In this document: in pieces, positions 22,219 through 30,858 of the stretch | Layout of the letters: every line of letters begins with the position of its first letter | Position numbering within the stretch: the first letter of the stretch is position 1 | Origin: Amphiscolops sp. MND2022 | Lineage: Eukaryota | Assembly: GCA_964187785.1 (NCBI GenBank) | Contig: OZ076411.1 | Span: forward strand, 35,836,001-35,900,000 | DNA length: 64,000 bases | Reading direction: 5' to 3' | Position numbers and translations under genes: made by a program | Notes under the pieces: generated by a model | Told to the model about the DNA's origin: nothing | The model's database searches: none | What the model saw: the letters and a program-made list of their open reading frames with translations, nothing else

Positions 22219-22672
22219 GGCACTTTTTAACAGTAGTGAGGTTACTACTATAAAATTTTAACCTCCGCTTAGTGCTAGTGCCCACTAAGCTGCCGGTTTG
22301 ATATTACGGCTTGCCTTTTTACGGCCTTATAACGGATCCTCAATAATAAAATATACTAAAGCTTCAATAATTAACCTACTCTTCGGCACTTTTTTAACAG
22401 TAGTGAGGTTACTACTATAAAATTTTAACCTCCGCTTAGTGCTAGTGCCCACTAAGCTGTCGGTTTGATATTACGACTTGCCTTTTTACGGCCTTACTAC
22501 GAATCCTCCTCTCTGGAACACACACCTATTTCCCTGAAATAATAAAATACTTATCGTTCCCCTCGGCACGTTTTAACAGTAGTGAGGTTACTACTATAAA
22601 ATTTTAACCTCCGCTTAGTGTTGTGCCAGCTAAGCTGCCGGTTTGATATTACGGCTTGCCTCTTTACGGTCT
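22219..22672 (+). ncRNA. Three tandem ~110-nt structured RNA elements (starts 22219, 22385, 22565)
   Basis: Conserved hairpins, loop-to-distal complementarities and a compensatory C-G to T-A change in copy 2; separated by unconserved spacers. Confidence 0.7.
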
Positions 22673-22750
22673 CTACTAAACACTTAAACTGATTCTTTAA
22701 CAGGGAGCGATTACACGGTTGATTCAAAAACAGACTGAAGAATTTCAACA

Positions 22751-24898
22751 ATGAAATTATTTTTCTTACTCTTCTTATGCGCCAATTTCGCGCCCGTTGT
22801 GAACTCACAACGTTCAACGCCAAACCTCGCTAGCGTTGCTAAAAAATTGCGAGTAACTCATTTCGACTGCGGCGAAATGACACAAAATAAGCTCTACGCC
22901 TTGAATCAAGTAGAGCAATGCAATGTGGCCCCGGAAAACTTAGAAGTAAGTCGTGCTAGCGTGACGTTATACACTAAACACTTTCGTCGCACTATCAACG
23001 CTACTATGTGCCGTGTGAAACACCAGAGTGAAGAATGGCATTGTGGTCATAATGACCACTCCAGTATGTCAATCCTACACAACGGAATCACCAGCGATAT
23101 TTCCTTGTCACCCGAAACCTGTAAGGCCATGGGCGAAGGCAAAGAAGTCATGATCCATGGACAACCCCTCAAATTTAAGAAAGGAGTCAAACAAGTACAG
23201 ACGAGAAACGCCAAATACGGAAAAAGTTGGGATGGAGTACGTGACCCTGATACCCGTAATGAGTGCAAGACAGGCGGATGGATTAAACGCGAAACCTTCG
23301 AATCTCATATTCAAGACGTAGAATTATCAGTCAAAACCAGAGACGGGAAAATCCTCACACCCTTCCAGATGGTTCTCCCCTGCCCCCTGGAACAACTCGG
23401 CTGCGAAACCACGTCATTGGACCCGTACGCCTATACATGGGCAGAGCCAGATAACTGCGTGCTCGCAGTCCACAGAAAAGAAATAGTGAATATGATCAAA
23501 CATGGCTCTAACTACTATATAGTTAGCGGCAACGACTCCACTACCAAGTTCCTATTCGAAATATACAACAGGCCACAGAAATACTGCAACAAACCCGATG
23601 ATGTCTACCCTACCAATTACGAATCCCTCTACGTTTCGACCCAATTTGGTGGCTTCGACATGACTTCTGGCAGACGACTCGGCATCTCCATGGGAGAAAC
23701 CTCCAAACTTCAATATTACTCACCCAACGATGGTTCTGGTAATGGCAGACTCCACCTCTTCAGAGGCCCCAGCGACTCCAACCCCAACACACCACATTAT
23801 CTCAACATGGATTACGAACTCCACCAAGGAACCAAGTTAGATTATCTCTTCTTTGAGAGCACCCGCTTACTCGAAGCTTCAGAGATCCAGCTATTGAAAG
23901 CTCAATGTGAGCAAGAACGAACACAAATCCTTACCATCCTGATGTTATCCATGGAAAACCCACGACTCGCCGGATACATGCTCACGGGAAATCGCTCGAT
24001 GTTCCTGAACACAGATGGTAGCCTCGCATGGCTCTACCACTGCCCGGAATCCCACTCACCTCTTCACACGATGAACCAATGCTACGACCGCATACCAATC
24101 TTCTACAAGGGAGTGGTCGCCTTTGTAGACCCCATAACCCGACAAACATATCCTAACGCGAACGTACAAAACTGCACAGATCGTATTAAGAACCTCTTCC
24201 AACTGGACATGGAAGACAAAGACTCCTGGTTCACCCTTACACCTTCACCCGAACATCGGGACCGGCCTGCTATCTTCGGACCCAAAGACATCCAGCCAAT
24301 GATTACCAGATCTTTCCCAGGATCACAGGACGCGGGAATGTACACTCCCAAGCAACTCTCCGAGTTTTGGGACAACATCCTCATCAGCGCCGCATCACGT
24401 AATGCCCTCCAGAAGTTCTCAAGAGAGCTCATCATACCCTCCATGGCCCACAGCGGACCAGAATCCTTCGCGTATTACGCACCTCGTACAGATTTCTATG
24501 TCGACGGAATGATTTCACCCGACTACTTTAAAAATCAGTTCCTCGAAACATTCGGAAGTATATCTTATGTACTAGAACTCTGCGGAGCGTACTTTGGCGC
24601 TTTCCTTTTTATCAAGTTCGTCATAGATATCACGGTACTAGTCTTCCGCTACTTCGAACTTCGTCACCTTACGGGTAACACACTGAGCTTCACTAAAACC
24701 TTGCTCAGTGCTTCGTACAACCTTTTCTTTACCTCTGTTTTAACTTCCGTATTTACCCCGCGGGCCCCTTTCGAGGATAGCATTGAAGACAAAAGGGTAA
24801 AAACAGAAGACGAAGAAAAAGGAGTAGAACTCCAAATCCTAAAACAAAAAGAGGAATCACTATATCCCTCGGTACAGAGCTTTGTTGCTCCAATATGA
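22751..24898 (+). CDS. env: Envelope glycoprotein, class III-like (chuvirus G / herpes gB-like), 715 aa
   Basis: Signal peptide MKLFFLLFLCANFAPVVNS; FDC...LYALNQVEQC and C...HCG..HS cysteine pattern; sequons NAT, NDS, NRS, NCT; C-terminal hydrophobic TM segment (LELCGAYFGAFLFIKFVIDITVLVF). Confidence 0.85.
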   Translation: MKLFFLLFLCANFAPVVNSQRSTPNLASVAKKLRVTHFDCGEMTQNKLYALNQVEQCNVAPENLEVSRASVTLYTKHFRRTINATMCRVKHQSEEWHCGHNDHSSMSILHNGITSDISLSPETCKAMGEGKEVMIHGQPLKFKKGVKQVQTRNAKYGKSWDGVRDPDTRNECKTGGWIKRETFESHIQDVELSVKTRDGKILTPFQMVLPCPLEQLGCETTSLDPYAYTWAEPDNCVLAVHRKEIVNMIKHGSNYYIVSGNDSTTKFLFEIYNRPQKYCNKPDDVYPTNYESLYVSTQFGGFDMTSGRRLGISMGETSKLQYYSPNDGSGNGRLHLFRGPSDSNPNTPHYLNMDYELHQGTKLDYLFFESTRLLEASEIQLLKAQCEQERTQILTILMLSMENPRLAGYMLTGNRSMFLNTDGSLAWLYHCPESHSPLHTMNQCYDRIPIFYKGVVAFVDPITRQTYPNANVQNCTDRIKNLFQLDMEDKDSWFTLTPSPEHRDRPAIFGPKDIQPMITRSFPGSQDAGMYTPKQLSEFWDNILISAASRNALQKFSRELIIPSMAHSGPESFAYYAPRTDFYVDGMISPDYFKNQFLETFGSISYVLELCGAYFGAFLFIKFVIDITVLVFRYFELRHLTGNTLSFTKTLLSASYNLFFTSVLTSVFTPRAPFEDSIEDKRVKTEDEEKGVELQILKQKEESLYPSVQSFVAPI

Positions 24899-24929
24899 AT
24901 TATTATCTCATTTCGTAGTTTACGTTTAG

Positions 24930-25532
24930 AATTTAGAACCCTTATTCGACCTCCCAAACCTGGACGACGACATCCCTAACTCTATCTTAGAAGACGACTT
25001 GCAGATAGAACCCTTATCACCTTCTGACCTGCTGTCAACTGCTTCTCCCACAACTATTACCTTTCTCCTAGATCCCCCAGACTCAACAGTTCCTTCTCCG
25101 ATTCCAAGCGCCCTAACAACAACACCCTCTCCAACGACACCACTACAACTCCCCTTTCCGCTGTCATTTACAGAAGAGGTAGCGCCTATCCCATCAACTC
25201 AACATCCACCTCGATCGCCCCAACATCCACCCCGCTTCGGCGGAAAAGACATAAGACGGGCACTACCCAGGAAACACCAACAACAATGGAATGACAAAAT
25301 AACAGATGACACGCCACTGAAGAAACAACACAAGCGGGAGTACTTCACTAAACGAGCCAGACACGTTAAGAAACCCAGATTCAACACAGAGTTGAAATAC
25401 ACTCTCCTCCCACAATTCTCAACTTGGAAAATCGTTTTCTGGGATAACAAGAGACAAGAGTACACCATAGAGAACCCAGCCCTAAAGGGACAAAGACTAA
25501 CGGTCCCCCTAAGAGCCATCTCAGCACAATGA
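24930..25532 (+). CDS. Accessory ORF X: acidic N-terminus, Pro/Thr-rich middle, basic C-terminus; no ATG
   Basis: Frame open from 24930 (track calls a TTG start at 24999); its stop overlaps the next ATG (ATGA at 25529-25532). Confidence 0.55.
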   Translation, partial: NLEPLFDLPNLDDDIPNSILEDDLQIEPLSPSDLLSTASPTTITFLLDPPDSTVPSPIPSALTTTPSPTTPLQLPFPLSFTEEVAPIPSTQHPPRSPQHPPRFGGKDIRRALPRKHQQQWNDKITDDTPLKKQHKREYFTKRARHVKKPRFNTELKYTLLPQFSTWKIVFWDNKRQEYTIENPALKGQRLTVPLRAISAQ

Positions 25533-26431
25533 ATCGGAGGCTAAACCCAGACGCTATCCCCTTCATCCCAAAAAGCACTCCTTACTTCCCCAAAGCTAAC
25601 GACTGGCCACCTCTATCCAGGACAGAGAATAAAGATGACCTCGAGACACTCGAGGGAATCAAAAGATTGAACAAATGGATCGCTGAACTAGAAGTCTCAA
25701 CTAGCCCACAAAGTGAAAAGGTAACCCCGATCCTAAGGAAATCGTTCCCCATAACCGACATAAAACAGTCTAGAACAAAGCTTGCTAGTGAAATGAAACA
25801 ACTCCAAAACTTGGCAGAAGAAACGCGGACTAAATGTAATCACTTGGAACTCACAATATCCGATCTACAAGCGACAATCAAGTTTCAAGGCGCCCTACTC
25901 AACAAAACCAACGTATTAGACGCAAGAAGCGGTGAACCCATCCTTTGGCACATACCCGCTTTTTCCACACTATACAGAAAAGCAAAGACCTCCCCGAATG
26001 ATACGTTGAACAACATCAAAAATAGCTTCACTAGCCCTATCTACACTACCCACCTAACCGGCTGCAAAATATCCCTCAGACTATTCCCTTATGGCGCCAA
26101 CATCTTCCGCGGAACCCATTCCTCAATTTCTTGTGATCTACACCCCAGCGACTTCACTCTCCCACGAACGTGGCCTTTCGAGCAACAATTGATCGTCTCA
26201 ATCATAGACCAAAAAGACAAGAACAACAAATGGTCCATCTCCTTTCCCTATCCCTCCAAAACAGAAGAGTATGAAGACCCGCACAAGAACGACTACACAC
26301 TCCCAGGACTGATGAGAGAAGACTTCATCGCGCACACAAAACTCCTGGTAAACTTTAGAGAAGCCTTCCTAAACAATGACTCCGTCATAATCCAAATTCA
26401 ATTTGACAGACCTCTTTTTTCTAAACCCTAG
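25529..26431 (+). CDS. PAM2 motif + coiled coil + TRAF-C/MATH domain protein (300 aa), lacking RING and Zn fingers
   Basis: ILWHIPAFSTLY...SPIYT...GCKISLRLFPYG...GTHSSI...WPFEQQLIVSIIDQ...FI....FLNNDSVIIQIQF follows the TRAF-C consensus (LIWKI, SPPFYT, GYK.C.RLYLNG, GTHLS, WPF.QKV...LLDQ, Y..DDTIFI.V). N-terminal LNPDAIPFIP. Confidence 0.88.
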   Translation: MNRRLNPDAIPFIPKSTPYFPKANDWPPLSRTENKDDLETLEGIKRLNKWIAELEVSTSPQSEKVTPILRKSFPITDIKQSRTKLASEMKQLQNLAEETRTKCNHLELTISDLQATIKFQGALLNKTNVLDARSGEPILWHIPAFSTLYRKAKTSPNDTLNNIKNSFTSPIYTTHLTGCKISLRLFPYGANIFRGTHSSISCDLHPSDFTLPRTWPFEQQLIVSIIDQKDKNNKWSISFPYPSKTEEYEDPHKNDYTLPGLMREDFIAHTKLLVNFREAFLNNDSVIIQIQFDRPLFSKP

Positions 26432-26533
26432 TGCTAAAACATGTCCCCCTTCCCTCATGCTCTTTCACCTAATACCTCTTTCTTGACCTGACCCCAAATT
26501 TCTCTAGTAAAGTTGTTGCTTTTTCACCCTGCC

Positions 26534-26544
26534 AGGGGGGTGAG
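26534..26544 (+). promoter_or_regulatory. Polypurine tract of element 2
   Basis: AGGGGGGTGAG 1 nt before the 3' LTR. Confidence 0.85.
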
Positions 26545-26545
26545 C

Positions 26546-28132
26546 TGTCGCGCTATGACTAACGCTCTAACGAATCACCAAAAGGCGCTTTCTATTATAA
26601 AAAATAACACTTGCAAAGAGAAACATAAAACTTGAACTAACGTTGTGTGGAGAGTGGAAAGTTGAAGTAAATATGGCGGCGGCCATAACGCGGCGGCCTC
26701 GAAGTGGAGTAATAAGTAATGGAATACTACGGGAAAGGAATTGCACAAGTGAAAATTTCTATTTCTTACCGCGGATATTTGAATTTTAAAGCTGAGCTAC
26801 CATTGGTAGCATGCAACACATGCCGGCCAGGCACTTCAACAGCTGTGCTGAACTGTTTTTATACCGCGCACACAGGCTGGAGATTCATTCTTTCCCGCCG
26901 GACGGCTGAGCTCAACTTACAGCTCTCTCTCTCTCTCTCTCTCTCTCCTCAACTTATCAATTCCTCTACTTCTCTTACACTTACTCTCCCCCTTCTCCCC
27001 CTCGACTCTTACTCTCCACTTTCTCTTTGCTTACATTGCACTTGTCTTATCTCAGACTTATAAAGTCAAACTTTCCTCCTTTTCTCCCTTCTCTCAAGCA
27101 AAAACTTATCTTTGCTTTTTCTCTATTCCCCAACAGAATTTTCTATCTTAGAAAATTCTCTTCAATTCAACTTGGTCTCCAGTTTGGTGAGTCGAAAATA
27201 TCTTAGATTTTTTCTTTTAGAGGAGATTTTTTACTCTCCCTCTTTCTAACTAAATTATATCTTAGAATAATTCCGCTGATTCAATTCTGCGGATTCTATT
27301 TTATAATAATTCCGTTGATACAATTCTGCGGTTGTTAAAATTATATCTTAAAATAATTCCGCTGATTCAATTCTGCGGAGTCTATCTTATAATAATTCCG
27401 TTGATACAATTCTGCGGTTGTTAATATTATATCTTAGAATAATTCCGCTGATTTAATTCTGCGGTTTTCCCCTATTAACTCATTTGTCTTTACCATTCCC
27501 ATATTCAAAAAGTCTTAATGCTATTCCTAAAAGAAGAGGAGTAGAGACTATAAAATTAAATAGTGTTGTCTAAGTTATTACAACACCGAAACTGAATTTT
27601 TCGTAAAAAAACTTTCTTCGAACTAAAGGAAATTACTATGAATTTCCTTCGATGCTAAATGTATTCATCAATTTGTGCCCTAGATTGAAATAGCTAAGAT
27701 ATTACTTCTGTTGCTGGTAAATAAATTTGGTGAGTTGACTGAATATTGTAAACAGTTGAATAAAAACTGATATGTCTGAAGAATTTTATTATGTCCTGAA
27801 GTTCAGCTCTTTTATGTAATTCAACAAGTTTGCTAGCATATGCTTTTTTTTATAGTTCAGAGAGCTCATTTACATTCACTGCCTTGCACTTACTCACGCA
27901 AGTTCCTTTGTTCGCACGTACACGCAAGGCACTTTCTTTTCGGTATTACAAAAAATTACGTTATTGAGACTTTTCTACTTGTTCTACTTCAATAAAACAA
28001 CAGTTGTCTGAAAAGCACCTTGCAAAATGTTGTAACAGCTGAGCTGACTAATACGGATAACAAATTTGGAATTCCCCTCTAAAAGAGGAAACTGTAAAAT
28101 AGTAGAACTGAAATATATCCATGCGTGCGACA
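26546..28132 (+). repeat. 3' LTR of element 2
   Basis: Copy of 10189-11773 with 2 extra bp in the (CT)n tract. Confidence 0.97.
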
Positions 28133-28667
28133 TTCGGTTGGCCGATTACAGCAATTATCACTATAGTAAGAGCTACAAATAGAATACCAGCAACCAACTG
28201 CTGTATTCTAGCGGGCATTTTCCCGCAACGACGTATTTTTTTCAGAAAAAAATTCAAAAATTTGTTCTCTAAATTTGCAAAACCTCTGCAGCTTTAAGTT
28301 TGATGGAAAACAACTTATTTTTCAAATGGTGGGCGGAGAGCAATTGCCTAAGAAAGTGGTATATGAATTATCTTGGTGGAATATTGTTCCGAGAATTAAA
28401 ATTGTTTCCGAGGACAATATACCGAGAAAATTCGATAGAATTCAGCTGCATAGCCCCCATGTTGTACCGCAAAAATTAAAAGGCGTCAGAAGCTTGTGAA
28501 TTATGTAAAGTTCAGAAAACTTCCCAGATCAAGTACCTTTTCGAAACGTTTTCTTAACTCTCCGCCTCATTTCTGATACCTGATTGTTAAACAAGTTTGG
28601 TCATATTGACAGCACCACTACATGTATTGATTTTTGGGTGCATACCAAATTTTTGCTGGCGAATTCG

Positions 28668-28887
28668 TTACTTTGATGCTACCTAGGCCACCTGTAAAAC
28701 AGCCTGTCATATTTGGTATTGTTTTCCTCTTCTGCTTTTTTCCTGAGCACTGAGCAGTGATATCCATTTTGTGACATGTGTCACAAAATGGATATCACTG
28801 CTCAGTGCTCAGGAAAAAAGCAGAAGAGGAAAACAATACCAAATATGACAGGCTGTTTTACAGGTGGCCTAGGTAGCATCAAAGTAA
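28668..28887. repeat. Perfect 220-bp palindrome (109-bp arms, 2-nt centre)
   Basis: ttactttgatgctacc...ttttgtgaca TG tgtcacaaaa...ggtagcatcaaagtaa; no mismatch found by eye. Confidence 0.95.
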
Positions 28888-30858
28888 AGCACATATGTCA
28901 ACAAAGTAAAGCCATTTTTTGTATCCATATTCACTTGGAAGCGGTGGCAAAATATTTCACTTTGAATAATTTCTCTTGAGAGCTTTTCTCTGAAATTGCT
29001 TCACCTTTGTTTCCAGAAGCTGAAAAGATTCTGTCAGTCTGGAACCAGATTTCTATCGACTTTTGTTCATCCTGTGCGTATAGAGATTTTCACCAGAAGC
29101 TCAAGCAGATGATTTAAATTTCAAAAGCGTCAATTCAAGGCTTGCTATGATAGTTTCCGAGATCTATCAAACCGATTTAGAAACTAAAGATACTAGCGTG
29201 CAAAAACTATTGATCTGATACTTTTTCGTTTAGATACGATAAAGACGTCAACCGAGTCTGAGAAAAAGACCAACAGCATTAATTTTTCATCAATAATGGT
29301 ATTGAAATTTGGTCAGCGAGTACTCGTACAAAAACGATTGGGTATTCTTTGCAGTTTTATGTCATGTAGCATAAAACTCTAATCCCTTCTATTAACCTTC
29401 GTTAAACGTTGTTTGAAATTTTTTGCTACAAAAATTCAATAAGACGCCCGCTGAGCAGTGAGATATTTTCCGCCCCAAACTGTTCTACAACTACATAAAT
29501 TCGAACCTCAAGAATAGCCGAAGCACTAAAAAACGCAAAGAAGTTCGATGAAAAGAAGCTTTGATTCATCTTAGCCGATTTTAAAGGAAACACCTAATTC
29601 ATTATTTCCGCGCTAGCTGGCCCCTTGTTTTTTGGCACTATGCGACTTACCGAGAAAAGACAAAAATTTCAATAACATTTTTGAAAATAATTTTAGAAAA
29701 ACATTTTTTGCAATTTTTAGTTTTTGAGGTTTCCTGTGAAAGAAATGAGTTTCCCGAGCCTAGGGGGTGACTTCTTGGTTACTTTTGATCATATGGAACT
29801 GACGAGGGTTCCTATTGATTGTGGAAATTACCTCATTTCAATTTTTTAGACTCTGTGTATCTTTCCGAAACATTCATGTGGGTGGTCAAAGAGTACCTGC
29901 TTGCTTTTATAGCTGATTTCGGTTTGAGAAAAGTAGTTTGCGAGCTGAACTTTAGCGGAAAAAATTCTAAAACGGATTTTTTGTGATTCCTGTTGTGGAA
30001 CAAGTGGTTTCCTAGTCTCAGGCGTATTTCTTTAGGTAATTTTAGGAACTGATAAAATGCTGAAAGCTTGAAACTAGGTCCTTTACAATTTTATTGAAGT
30101 TGAGCGATGCCGGTTTGTTATATTGAACAGAGTTTCACCAGAAGTGTCAAAAATTGGAAATAGTTCCGAAATCGTTGGGGTCAGTTTGAGGAACTTTTCT
30201 AACATGAATCTACATATGTATCTTCGAAATCAAGCCTACTGGACACCGGGTTTAGTTGTTGTTGAACGTTTACACTATTCTAACCCACGAAGTAGCTGGA
30301 AACATTTTTCTTTGGAAGGTGTACCCCAAATCTAATGATTTTGCTTGGAGGTTTCGAATATTGAGTATTAGACAAATGAGGCCAAGATTTACGCTTTCAA
30401 GTTTTCGAAAATTGTGCAAATAAACTTGTCTGATATACCGGTAGCTACACGTTTCAATCCTGAGCCTATGGTAATTCTGATTGAAGTAAACTTTCCGAAA
30501 GTGTCTAAAATTGGGACTATGTTGTCAAAAATGAAGATAGTGCGGAAACGTTGACACTTTTGTTGTGAACACGATGAATTTCATCACTTTTATCCCTATT
30601 ACATTTTGAAGATCTTTTTGTTTCAACGCTCAGATCATTGGAAGTTCAAATCTTCAAAAACTTTCGTGGTTTGAACAACAATAGGGATTAGTATGTCAAA
30701 CAACGTGCTTTTTTGAAGTTTGATTGATTTTTGGGCGTTTATGAGGCCAATTCTTTCAAAAACATGCAGTAATCTTTTCAAAATTGCTCAATGGAGAAAC
30801 CCAAGTTAGTGAATTTTGAGTTTTTTAAACTTTTTGATGCAAGGAAGTAGCTCAAAAA

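Larger units (their letters stand above)
10189..28132 (+). mobile_element. Giant, apparently intact env-bearing Ty3/gypsy (errantivirus-like) LTR element (element 2), 17,944 bp
   Basis: 1585/1587-bp TG...CA LTRs, TTCG target-site duplication (10185-10188 and 28133-28136), PBS, PPT, uninterrupted gag (484 aa), pol (1797 aa) and env (715 aa), plus accessory ORFs. Confidence 0.97.

Noticed and set aside
22219-22672. CRISPR array, or a known ribozyme (hammerhead, twister, HDV), for the triple repeat
   Set aside because: Repeats are ~110 nt in a eukaryotic retroelement with no cas genes; there is no CUGANGA/GAAA core, the twister T1 pairing cannot form despite a GCCGGT resemblance, and helix order does not match HDV.
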